A stretch of 64,000 nucleotides of DNA from assembly GCA_977017575.1 (NCBI GenBank), contig CDRNVI010000016.1, forward strand, positions 434,001-498,000, written 5' to 3'. A program made the position numbers and the translations under genes. Shown here piece after piece: positions 30,778 to 41,300 of the stretch; within the stretch, counting starts at the first letter, position 1; each line of letters starts with the position of its first letter. A model generated the notes under the pieces. That model was given only the letters and a program-made list of their open reading frames with translations, ran no database searches and had not been told where the DNA came from. Source of the stretch: Paramoeba atlantica (Eukaryota; Protista; Discosea).

Positions 30778-31260
30778 ATGTTGATGCGACCTTCATGTCT
30801 TAAATTGCATCGACACACAGTCGCATCTATACCGGCCTATCATAAAATGTCTCGAATACCCGGCAAGTGGCATCCACGTGAAGGACCCCCGGGGGACACC
30901 CTCGCTCGACGGATTTATTTTTATCACAGAGTGTTAATGGCTCGCATCGGAAACCTTACTGCTGTAGTAAAAACACCACGAAGTAGATACTTGTTTCGCA
31001 AAATGCAAGCACGTCTCTTCAAGTTCACATCCTTAACTCTTGCTCTTTTCTGTGTCTTCACTTTTGGGTGTCTCTGGATGATTGTTGCGTACAACGCATT
31101 CGCGGCCGGTCCCCCTACTGCTATTCTGCAGAAGAAAACTCGGGAGCATCGCGTTTCCAAACAAATTATGACAATGGTCAGAGAACGCGAGGCCGACCTT
31201 GCACAGAAACAGCACGAAACAGAAGCCCGACAAATTATTGAACAAAGGACAAATCTTTGA
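30778..31260 (+). CDS. Hypothetical membrane protein, probably mitochondrial
   Basis: Basic presequence-like N-terminus (MLMRPSCLKLHRH), one hydrophobic segment (FTSLTLALFCVFTFGCLWMIVAY), charged tail. Confidence 0.6.
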   Translation: MLMRPSCLKLHRHTVASIPAYHKMSRIPGKWHPREGPPGDTLARRIYFYHRVLMARIGNLTAVVKTPRSRYLFRKMQARLFKFTSLTLALFCVFTFGCLWMIVAYNAFAAGPPTAILQKKTREHRVSKQIMTMVREREADLAQKQHETEARQIIEQRTNL

Positions 31261-31513
31261 TAATATTCCTTTTGGTATTACAGTCCCTTTAAAAAAACAT
31301 TATAATATCAGTACAGTAGTTTCAAGGCTTTTTTCCGTATGTATTTGTGCATTAGAAGGGGTAAAATTGCGTTATATTTTGTATTTTTGGTATTTTAAAT
31401 TTTTGTAGCGTATCAAATAGAAAAATGTCTACGTCGCTAGACGCAAACAGTATAAAAACTACTGGCACCTTTTGCTCTCCCAAAAAATCGACTAATTTGT
31501 TGAAAGGTAGAAA

Positions 31514-32815
31514 TTGATTTTCTGGATCATGTTGAAAAACGAGCGATCCTGTGACTTTGATGAGCTCAAAAAATCTATTAGCTGTCTAAACTGCCGTTTG
31601 AATGAAGTGGGGGGAGCTGTTTCGAGTTATACAATCTACTTATCTGACACTGATGTCGGAGATGTTTCCTGTACAGCAAGTACAAAAGAAATAAGAGAAT
31701 CAAATAAAGAATCCCCAACAAGTTTGATAGGAATAGAAAGGAAAGGATCTCTCATAGAATATTTTTCTCAAGAGTTTCCATCCTTCCAACATTACAAGTG
31801 CGTACAGCGCCCATTTGGTATCGAAATAGACGGCAATGGAAAACCGCCTGCGGTACGTCTCGCAGTGTGCTTTCTCAAGGGTCGATACCGCAAGCATGAT
31901 AGGTCCCTACCACAATCTCCTTGGTTTCTTCCTACCGGTGAACGCGTGGGGAAATTGTCCGTTCAAGAACATCTAATGAAGGAAATCATTTCCTTGTTTT
32001 ATAGACACCCCTCACATTATCAAAGTATGATTTCCTCTTCAGACTTACCATCGACCATAGTTGAAGAATCGCTAGCTTGCGAAACTGTGTATGAGCCACG
32101 GCGTTGTCAAACTGAAATATCGTCCTTAAAGTCGGTCGATACTTTCAATTTGAGCGACGCATCAAAGTTTTCTTCGTCTGGTCGAGAAGATGTTGACGTT
32201 CGAATGTTGGGCAACGGGCGACCGTTTCTCCTTCAAATGTTTGGAGTTACATCCATACCGACAAAGAGCTATTTACGAAATGTAGCACTCCGAATAGGGC
32301 CCGAGGTTGAAGCCATAAATCTAGAAATGGCACATCCTTCCGTGTGTAATGAACTTTTGGCTGGTGAAAAAGAAAAGAAAAAGTCCTATCGAGCCGTCGT
32401 ATATTTCAAAGACCTACTCAGAAGCGTCGGTATAGAAGAAAATGAACTAGCCGACGTGAAGGCCGAACTTCCTTGTTGGCACGAGGAACAAGCAACGGTT
32501 CCAGAATTTGCGTGTAGAATTCTTCCTGAGAAGGTCAAACTCATGAATCGTATGCGCAATATTGAGGTAAAACAAAGTACGCCCGTTAGGGTTTTGCATC
32601 GGCGTGCACCATTAGTCCGGAGCAAGATTATACACTGCCTACACCTACGTATTTTAAATCCGTGCTTCGGCTTGCTAGACCTGACGACCTCTCCGGGCAC
32701 ATACGTAAAAGAATTTGTTACCGGAGATCATGGTCGCACAATGCCTTCTCTTGGCGATCTTATGGGCACTGCGTGCGACATCGTGCAGCTTGATGTTACC
32801 GAAGTTCATATGTAG
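31514..32815 (+). CDS. PUS10: tRNA pseudouridine synthase Pus10 (first ATG at 31529)
   Basis: GRYRKHDRSLPQSPW, FSSSGREDVDVRMLGNGRPF (catalytic D), QSTPVRVLHRR, GTYVKEFVTGDHGRTMPSL. Confidence 0.95.
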   Translation: MIFWIMLKNERSCDFDELKKSISCLNCRLNEVGGAVSSYTIYLSDTDVGDVSCTASTKEIRESNKESPTSLIGIERKGSLIEYFSQEFPSFQHYKCVQRPFGIEIDGNGKPPAVRLAVCFLKGRYRKHDRSLPQSPWFLPTGERVGKLSVQEHLMKEIISLFYRHPSHYQSMISSSDLPSTIVEESLACETVYEPRRCQTEISSLKSVDTFNLSDASKFSSSGREDVDVRMLGNGRPFLLQMFGVTSIPTKSYLRNVALRIGPEVEAINLEMAHPSVCNELLAGEKEKKKSYRAVVYFKDLLRSVGIEENELADVKAELPCWHEEQATVPEFACRILPEKVKLMNRMRNIEVKQSTPVRVLHRRAPLVRSKIIHCLHLRILNPCFGLLDLTTSPGTYVKEFVTGDHGRTMPSLGDLMGTACDIVQLDVTEVHM

Positions 32816-33101
32816 AAATTATTTACTACATACAATAATTTACTGCATACAATTTTTCCAACACTGTTTAATATACTTTTAATGTACTGTTTAATATAAA
32901 AATTGATATAACAGTATTTGTCTTGGTTAGTCAGCCAGTGCGTTTCATAGCGTTTTATGGTCAAGAATTTGTAAATTTATTATCCGGGACGGCGATCATA
33001 CGAAGTTGTGCTTTGTTTTCGACCTACTACCAGTATATCACTTATGCTCGCAAACTGGTTTTGAAGCCCCTTCACTATTCTCCTATTCCAGGGAACGATA
33101 C

Positions 33102-35048
33102 ATGCATATGAAATTCAAGTTCTTTGTGCTTTGTATTTTTGCGTCACTGCGCGACTTCCCATTAGTTTCTGCGAATGTGAAAGAATTAGGCGCTACTCAC
33201 GTGACTGAGACGCTGTCTGGTTCTTCATTGAACAATCAAACGGAAGCACGTGTATCAAAACCTTGCGCTTCAGTAGCAAGTGAGGATTTGGAGCGAGTTA
33301 AAAACTTTTTGAAACTCTTTTCCGTAGACTCTGAGGCACCTTCAGGCAATTCCTCGCTTCAGTTAAATTCCACTTTGTGGTTTGCTGTTCCGGACATGAA
33401 TTCATATTCCGTATGTACGCTCCCCACAGAGACGTCGGTGTTTGCTCCTATTTATGTAAGCGAACGTGAAGGTGTGACTGAGAATGCAATACCGGTTGGG
33501 GGATGCGCTGTGCAAGGGCTAGTCAATGCTAGCCGTGTACGTTCCCTCTTTCTTAACGCCACCGTGCTTCGTTTCGGCGATTCCGGGATGCTGCTCCAAG
33601 AATTTTTCCGGGAGCGTAATTTCACGACCCCAAAGTTGAAAGTTGGCAATCGTGGTCTTTTCCCGGCATGTAAAGGTACGGATTACCGGATACACGCAAA
33701 GAATATTCATTTGGACGAACTTCCTGAATACTTGTGGTCTCTTGAAATACACGGCGTACATATTACCGGAAAAATTACGCTCACACAACCAATGCCTTAT
33801 CTTAGAGAAATAGATTTGCGTCTGAATAATCTATCGATTCTGCCCTCTCTAGGGCGTTGGCGTCCTTCAGTGAAGGGTTTACTGCACCTCGGCGGGAATT
33901 CATGGGGACCCGAAACTTGTTTTTCAAGCATCACTGATTCCTATGGAAAGAAAGTTGATATTCATGTAATCGGAGTACCATTGTGTTCTCAAAGGCTTCC
34001 GCGATGCTTTAATGAGGCAATGAACAACTTTTTGTCCAAACTTGCAATAGTACCATGCAAAGGCGAACCTGACAAAGACGAACCATTGAGCACGAAGCAG
34101 CTCACGAATTTCTGTCTATGTGATACGATTGTTGGTTCAGAATCACTTATCTACGCCTCAAGCATCACTTGTTCCAGATTATCCTCAGCCCTTTATCCAA
34201 CCCAAATCATGGCCCTGGACCCCACCGTAACCGTAGTAGGTTCTTGTTCTAAAGTAGACAATGATAAAGGAACTGCTGTCATTGGACGTCTCCGCCTTGC
34301 TGGGGATGAACGTGCGCGTGCTTCACTCATATCCTCTTTGGAGAGCGATGCTATAACTTTCCCTGTGAATAATACGCTGGGAAACTGCGTCTTGGGCGGT
34401 CCCTTAAAGTTCGAACTTCTCCCTTACGGAATTCAAAGCATATGGACTGTTGGCATTCAAGTCACAGAGCCCATTGTGGTGACGTCACTAGCTGCATCGA
34501 TCTCTCGCATTGACTTCATTCGTTGTACTTTTTACGGAAAAAAGGAAGCAGGGCAGAGCATAGCTGAGTCTAATAAAAGTTGCATAATTATACCAAGCAG
34601 TGCACCCGATCTGAGAGATTTGCATAGAATCGAGTCCATAAGCGACGCACATTCGACACATCCACAGCTGATTATCAACTTTTTCGCTCCTGAATTCCGA
34701 GAGGGATATCAAGAGAAAGGCACTCACAACGTAGAAACAAAAGTCACTGGGTGCTCCTGGTATCCTCCGGAAGCTACCAAACAAGTTGGTGGAAAATCTC
34801 CCAGAGTTCAAATTACGGGACTTCCTGATTGCGCCATTTTCACGAGAATTCCTGCAACCGGCCGAGAAAAAGTTCTTGAATACGAGGCTAAACAACATGC
34901 AACCAGTCATAATCGACGACGAAAGTGGATTATTATTTCTTGCATATTAATAGGTCTTTTAGTAGCGGGGATTGCGATCGCCATGTACTATCGAAGACGG
35001 CGGAGATCTCCAACATTTTGGGTCACTGTGCCTCAGTCGTATATGTAA
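33102..35048 (+). CDS. Type I single-pass surface protein with a signal peptide and a short LRR segment
   Basis: MHMKFKFFVLCIFASL signal-like start (ATG 33102/33108); LREIDLRLNNLSILPSL LRR; Cys-rich ectodomain; TM WIIISCILIGLLVAGIAIAMYY followed by RRRRR and a short tail. Confidence 0.65.
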   Translation: MHMKFKFFVLCIFASLRDFPLVSANVKELGATHVTETLSGSSLNNQTEARVSKPCASVASEDLERVKNFLKLFSVDSEAPSGNSSLQLNSTLWFAVPDMNSYSVCTLPTETSVFAPIYVSEREGVTENAIPVGGCAVQGLVNASRVRSLFLNATVLRFGDSGMLLQEFFRERNFTTPKLKVGNRGLFPACKGTDYRIHAKNIHLDELPEYLWSLEIHGVHITGKITLTQPMPYLREIDLRLNNLSILPSLGRWRPSVKGLLHLGGNSWGPETCFSSITDSYGKKVDIHVIGVPLCSQRLPRCFNEAMNNFLSKLAIVPCKGEPDKDEPLSTKQLTNFCLCDTIVGSESLIYASSITCSRLSSALYPTQIMALDPTVTVVGSCSKVDNDKGTAVIGRLRLAGDERARASLISSLESDAITFPVNNTLGNCVLGGPLKFELLPYGIQSIWTVGIQVTEPIVVTSLAASISRIDFIRCTFYGKKEAGQSIAESNKSCIIIPSSAPDLRDLHRIESISDAHSTHPQLIINFFAPEFREGYQEKGTHNVETKVTGCSWYPPEATKQVGGKSPRVQITGLPDCAIFTRIPATGREKVLEYEAKQHATSHNRRRKWIIISCILIGLLVAGIAIAMYYRRRRRSPTFWVTVPQSYM

Positions 35049-35419
35049 TACAAAAAAGTTCTCCACTCCATACGGGTAGGTGTTGCTGGGAAAAGGTTGG
35101 AATTATGGAATGAGTTGGGCGAGCACAATGCGCGTGCGTGAAATCACAATGGTACGTACGTAGCACGCCGTACAAAGGCACGTACTTAGTAGTAGTACAC
35201 GTCTTTAGTTTTGCTTTTTAGGGGCCGATAATATTTGCGAATAATCGTTTGTTCTACGTCTCTGGTTCTTGATAATAATTATTTTAGATTGACTGCACGA
35301 TTACCCATTGAGTTTTTAATAAAATAGACCTACTATTGTACAGCGCGTACTTAGTCTCCGCCTTTTCTTCGAATTTTCTTGTGCAGCCACTATTTCATAT
35401 TCTTGCAATTTAAACAACA

Positions 35420-36385
35420 ATGCTCACACGAAGCTGTTGCCAATTCATGAAAGTCTGTGTCCTGGGAGCCGCTGGAGGGATCGGCCAACCGTTGTCACTG
35501 CTCTTGAAACAGAACCCTGCAGTCACTCAACTAGCGCTTTATGATGTGCTTCACGCCGAGGGTGTAGCCACAGATCTCAGTCATATTTGTACCCCTGCAC
35601 ATGTTTCGGGATTCCCTAGAGAGAAACTGGATGTGGCTCTGCGGGAGTCTCAACTAGTGCTCATCCCTGCAGGAGTCCCGCGAAGGCCTGGCATGTCACG
35701 TGATGATTTGTTCGCACTAAATGCCGCCATTGTAAAAAGTTTGGTACAAAATATCGCAATACACTGTCCACAGGCTCACATCCTCATGATATCAAACCCT
35801 ATTAACGCCACGGTGCCGCTTGCCGCAGACGTGTTAAAGCGGGCAAGAGTCTTTGTCCCGTCTCGACTTTACGGCATCACCACCCTGGATGTCGTGCGTG
35901 CGAACACATTTGTGCGAGAGGCGATCCCGAGTGAGGATTCCCCCGAGGTCACGGTGGTTGGGGGTCATAGTGGAAAGACGATTATCCCACTGCTCCACCC
36001 GTTCGTCGAGAATCTGTCGGCTCAACAAATTACACAGCTCACGGCTCGGATTCAGTTCGGCGGAGATGAGGTTGTGAAGGCAAAGAACGGGCAGGGCTCC
36101 GCGACCCTTTCGATGGCATTTGCGGCCTCCAGGTTTTCGAATTCTCTCATTGCAGCCCTGCAGGGGGCAGAGGGCAGGAGTGAATGCGCGTTTGTGGAAA
36201 ACCCCGAGTACGGTCCCCGAGTTCCTTTTTTCAGTAGCCGAGTACATTTTTGCCGGGACGGGATTTCGCGCATTGATCCAGTGGGTAAAACATCTGATTT
36301 TGAAAAGAGCCTTTTAGAGACATGTATTCCGGAATTAGAAAAAAATATTCAAATGGGTGTTGACTTTGCAACACAAGGTAAGTAA
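35420..36385 (+). CDS. MDH: NAD-dependent malate dehydrogenase, mitochondrial type
   Basis: [76 protein letters not shown]; short presequence, no PTS1. Confidence 0.96.
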   Translation: MLTRSCCQFMKVCVLGAAGGIGQPLSLLLKQNPAVTQLALYDVLHAEGVATDLSHICTPAHVSGFPREKLDVALRESQLVLIPAGVPRRPGMSRDDLFALNAAIVKSLVQNIAIHCPQAHILMISNPINATVPLAADVLKRARVFVPSRLYGITTLDVVRANTFVREAIPSEDSPEVTVVGGHSGKTIIPLLHPFVENLSAQQITQLTARIQFGGDEVVKAKNGQGSATLSMAFAASRFSNSLIAALQGAEGRSECAFVENPEYGPRVPFFSSRVHFCRDGISRIDPVGKTSDFEKSLLETCIPELEKNIQMGVDFATQGK

Positions 36386-36619
36386 GACATACCTATTTTT
36401 ATGCTTCTCTTTTTGATATTCACTTTTTTGCCCGTCTTCTGGGTCGTTTACTTGAAAGTTACAATGATGTTGAAGCTTGCCAAACATTGTCGCACTCGCT
36501 GATTATCTAAATTTTCCTTTAGACTCTAAAATGTGTGTTTTACTGATACCGGACACAGATTCAAAGTTTGAACCAAGGTTTTAGACGCAAGGTAATCTGT
36601 ATAAATAGATAAGTACTAA

Positions 36620-36695
36620 TCTACATACATGTATAGTTTCTACATACATGTATAGTATCTACATACATGTATAGTATCTACATACATGTATAGTT
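36620..36695. repeat. 19-bp tandem repeat x4, TCTACATACATGTATAGT(A/T)
   Basis: Four consecutive near-identical units, each containing the palindrome TACATGTA. Confidence 0.95.
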
Positions 36696-36919
36696 TGTAT
36701 ACTTTGATCATTGTTTTCTTTTTGTGTGTTGCACCTTCACAAGGAGTTATCATAGATCGTTGTACATACGTTCCGTCCGTGAGCAGAACGGGTTCTCGAT
36801 TCGTAGAAGAAGAGGAACGATCTCAATTTGTAGACGAAATACAGGAAAAGTCTTCAAAATTGAACAGAATCTCTTAGTATTAGTTAATCGTACCTTGAAG
36901 GCGGATTTACCAATATTAC

Positions 36920-38134
36920 TTGTTTTACCACATGAACATGTTGCGAGGTCCTTGCTGTATTAATTTCTGTTGTTCTGCCACATCCACCTTTTCCCGCTAT
37001 CAGAATATTCAGGTCAGAAATTTAGCATGTGGAACACAAAGATGCTATACAACACAACCACAAGCGAAACCGTATCCCAATAAATCATTCGACCAATTAG
37101 CTCATCGGGGTCGCCATACGTTTCAGAAACCCCATTCAAAAACGACAGGACAAAATGCACATTACAAACCAGCGCATCCAAAGCGACCCGATCCGAACCC
37201 ATCTCCATCCATACCTAAATTTGCTCGTGTTCCAGTAATGCACCGACCACCAGTCTCGAGCCCCGTGCAATGTGACCAAAATCGAGGTCTACAAGGATCC
37301 GATAGAGCTTACATTCCTGGAGATTCTCTGGAAGAGGAGGAGGAGGACGAAGAGGACCTGATGGGCCCACCTTCGTTTATTCTACCGGAGGGCACGTGCG
37401 ATTTATGTCGCAAGACATTTCCCTCTGATATGGCCTTACTCCATCATGTAAACACGGAGCACCTAAATGTCTACTGCGAATACACCGAAAGTCCTGATGA
37501 ATGGGTGTTTCCGAAAGGTACCTTGTTTCAGTGTCGACATTGCACTAAAACGTTACAGCATAGCGCAGCCCTTATTCAACATTGTACAGAGAAACACCCC
37601 TCACATCCACCTCCGACCCGTAAAAGTGATTTGCTGATCATCGAGGGTAAAAAATGTGATTTATGTGGAAAGCACTTCATATCAGAGGCGATATTGGCGG
37701 CTCATAAGCGATCGGAACACTCCGCATTCCATGCAGAAAAGCCGTTTCGCTGTGAGGAATGCGTTCCTGTGGGTAGAGACTTTGCCGATCCAATCGTTCT
37801 TTTGACTCATGTACTAAATGTGCACGGGGAAGAGCGCGGATCTCTTGTTGGTCAAGCTGCGAAGACCGGCGAGTTCGACTGTTTTTTCTGTGACAAGACC
37901 ACAACCTCGCTTTCGGCACTGGCTGGTCATATCACGGCTCGACATCCGAAATTGGGAGTAGGAACGAACTCCGTATCTTTCAAAAAATGCTTCGGTGACG
38001 AAGGATTCGAAATCATACTGTGTAGAAACCAAGGGTGTCGTTGCAAATTCGTAAAAAGGGAACATGAACAGCTGCATCAAACAAGGTGCCCTGCGGTTGT
38101 GGCGCGAAAAGCGAAGCTTCACTATGTAAGATAA
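36920..38134 (+). CDS. Multi-C2H2 zinc-finger protein (5-6 fingers), possible mitochondrial presequence
   Basis: CDLC..F......HVNTEH; CRHC......HCTEKH; CDLC..F......HKRSEH; CEEC......HVLNVH; CFFC......HITARH; terminal C-x4-C...H-x3-C. Confidence 0.8.
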   Translation: MFYHMNMLRGPCCINFCCSATSTFSRYQNIQVRNLACGTQRCYTTQPQAKPYPNKSFDQLAHRGRHTFQKPHSKTTGQNAHYKPAHPKRPDPNPSPSIPKFARVPVMHRPPVSSPVQCDQNRGLQGSDRAYIPGDSLEEEEEDEEDLMGPPSFILPEGTCDLCRKTFPSDMALLHHVNTEHLNVYCEYTESPDEWVFPKGTLFQCRHCTKTLQHSAALIQHCTEKHPSHPPPTRKSDLLIIEGKKCDLCGKHFISEAILAAHKRSEHSAFHAEKPFRCEECVPVGRDFADPIVLLTHVLNVHGEERGSLVGQAAKTGEFDCFFCDKTTTSLSALAGHITARHPKLGVGTNSVSFKKCFGDEGFEIILCRNQGCRCKFVKREHEQLHQTRCPAVVARKAKLHYVR

Positions 38135-38341
38135 ATAGTTTCAAAGTTATTTTCCCCTTATTATGAAGGTATTTATGACACTCTGTTCGCATTCTAGGTC
38201 AAAACTCCCGTAGGATTACGCAGGTCATGTATAGGTTATTGTAACATTGTTGATAATTTATGAGATCCGATAATGAGAGAATGCAGCACCCAGATGTATT
38301 CTTTAAGAAGTAATTTTTCGTAACGTACTTTCACCACCTTG

Positions 38342-41300
38342 ATGGAACTTGTGTACAGCGAATTCTTTCCTTCTAGCGCTGTTCAACAAGTAGTCGTAGG
38401 CAAATTCTTGTGTCATGACGTATCCAATGTTCTGCTACTCTTCTGCGACCGGATTGAAATCTACGTTATTGGAGACTTTAACGGCGAGAAACCCAAGTTC
38501 GTGCTTTCCGAGCATTTTTCCGAAAAATTGACAGGTGTTGTCACTCTACATCACCCGACCGGCCTTGATGCAATTGCCCTTTGCATGGACCACTGTCGCG
38601 TGTGTATTTGTGCGTACAATACTACATATGCTGCGCAATCATGGGTGTCACGCACTCCGCGCGATATTGAGGAAACTGACAGCGATGTTGAAACGGGCGC
38701 TGAGGAGAACTTCTTTGCATTAGAAAATAATTTTCGAGTCATAGCAGTGTTTGTCCTTAAGTGCGAAGAGATTAACAAGATCCACTGTAAAATGCTCGTC
38801 GATGAAACTTCAACGTTCGTTCTTGTAATGTTAAATAAGCAGTGGTTGTACATCATACCCATCCAATGTTTTCGAATTGATGGGACGAATCTGCAAAATG
38901 AATCGGAAAAGCAAGCAGCCTGTACATCAATTCTTCCAGGATTTTTTTTCAACCCGGAGGAAAATCAATTCCTTGCTCTGAAGGATGACTTATCGTTCGG
39001 CAAAAGCGACGCAGCTGCTTATACTCGAAAACTTCAGCCTATAGGTTGTACAACTATTGATCTAGCTTCACTTTCGCCGCCCTTGTTAAATATACGGGAC
39101 ATATGTCTGCTTCAGGGGTACGGTGATGCGACTTTTCTTATACTACATGAACCCGAACAGTCATGGGTAGGACGTCTGAAGCTCAAAAGTGCACAAAGAG
39201 GTAATGTTGAGAGCAAAACTCTGAGCTGCATAGCTACCTTGCTGTGCTATGATTGTCGAACCCACGTTTTATCAGTTGCTTGGCGAATCTCTTCCCTACC
39301 CTACAATTCTCAATACCTTTTTCCTGTATTAGGGTCCACATCATATCCCATGGGCAGTGCCTTGTGTGTCGCACCAAATTGTATCATGCACCTTACGATT
39401 CAAGGCTGCAGTTATGCCATTTGCACGAATTCTTACGGCGTAGACGAATTTAAGGGTCGAGAAACAGATTTATACGTTGACACCGCACCTACTGGAACGA
39501 ATTTACATAAAACGAAGAACGCGCTTCTAGCGAACTGCTCATTGGTTATGTTATCTCACGACAGAGGAATATTGGCTACTGCTACTGGTGAGTTACACGT
39601 TCTGGACCTTAGATGGAAAGATGGCATTGTATGCGAAATAGTGTATTCAGAGGAAATAGGAGTGCTTGACGTTTCTTCGGGTAGAGTGTTTTCCTATTCC
39701 ACGCACGGAATATCCTCTGAAGTAAAAGGAATGCGTTTGCCAAAGCCATCATCAATGGTTTATCTACCGGGAATGAAGACTGCAGTTCATGCTTCTCTTA
39801 CAGGGAACACCTCGATACTGGACTTGAGTTTGGTTACTAACGTACCGATTTCAGAATTAACACGTAGTATTTTTCAAGCCACGTTATGTGAATCCCTGAG
39901 TCCAATTTCTTCTTTTGATGTCTTATCTACAGCTGAAGCGGATTTTCTGCGCAACAAACAGGTCAATAAGACGGTTTCCAGAGAATGTTTAGAAAGAGGC
40001 AGCATGAACTACAATCAATGTCTGCGAAGCACTTCCATTGTCGTTACAGGAGGTGAGCAACCCAGAGGGGTTATCGGACTTCTTACGAAAAGCGTCCATA
40101 CTGAACACTGTACTTCCTTTACAACGCCATCCATCGAAAATGCTATTCGTTATGTTGGAGAAGTCCTATTGCAGTATGACGAGCTTGCTTGTCTGAAGGA
40201 AACAAACAATTTAAGGAACAATTTCATGAAGAACTCTATGAATGGCAGTATGCGACACCCAACAGCCGTTCTTGTATCAGATGATACGAAAACTAGTACC
40301 TTGCTAATCTCTCAGGAGGATATTATAGACATAAGCAATGACGTTGCTTTCAGTAAAGAACCAACATTGTTGGCGTATTGCATTAACACGGAAACCGTGT
40401 ACGGAACTCTACAAATTACGAAAAGTCAAGTAAGAGTACACGCCCTTGACTGCACTGCAAGTCCAATATCAACGTGGGACATCTCTAACGTGGTTACGAG
40501 TCCTGTTGATCAACTGGACATCATGAAAGGGTTTTGTTTGCTCACTGAGAAGCGGAAACATAGTCTCGTCTCTTCCAATCGCACTGATTCGCTAGTGACT
40601 ATATTATTGTACACATCAGAAAACGGTTTGGTGGTCTTAGATTTGCTGCCTGACTTGCGAATCGAATTCACTACGAGTATTTCACATTGTCCAGTACCGC
40701 ATACGTGCATTGCCCAATGCGGCCCGAAAATATTGATTGGGGTCGAGCCAAGGACTTTTAAATGTTATGTGTGGTGGATCGATGTTAGCAGTGGGGAACT
40801 TTATTTTGCACCTGCGTGTTTTAGATTGCCTGGTAGACAGGATTATGCAAGGGAAGCTCAGAGTTTCTCGGATGAAATGCTTGAGGTAAGTGCCACAGAT
40901 TCCATCTTATGTATCCGTCTTCTCTTCTTAAATAGACTTCTCGTGTACCAACTCACGTGTGATGTCGCTGGAATTCCCATCTTTTGTCACGCAATAGATA
41001 CTACGACGAACCTGACTTGGAAAACAGATAGCGTAGTGTCGAATCGTCTTTTGTACCCTTTATTCGATTATTCTGTCTCTCAGAACGTGCGAGAAAAATC
41101 ATTTTGTGGAATTTTTGTAAGCGGTATGCAACCCATGTGGCTTGTACAAGATCCCTTTACGGGTAGGTGTTTCGCTCATCCTCAATCTGTTCCTAATGCG
41201 TCACATGAAATTACCACAATGACCTACTTGAGGAACTGCGTTTGTCACGAAAACAATGCTGAAGTTCCAGGTCATCAGTCGGACTATTTTTGCACTTCAA

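Noticed and set aside
35420-36385. Glycosomal MDH
   Set aside because: The C-terminus is TQGK with no PTS1, and there is an N-terminal presequence-like extension.
36620-36695. CRISPR-like array
   Set aside because: The units are contiguous with no unique spacers, there are no cas genes, and the context is eukaryotic.
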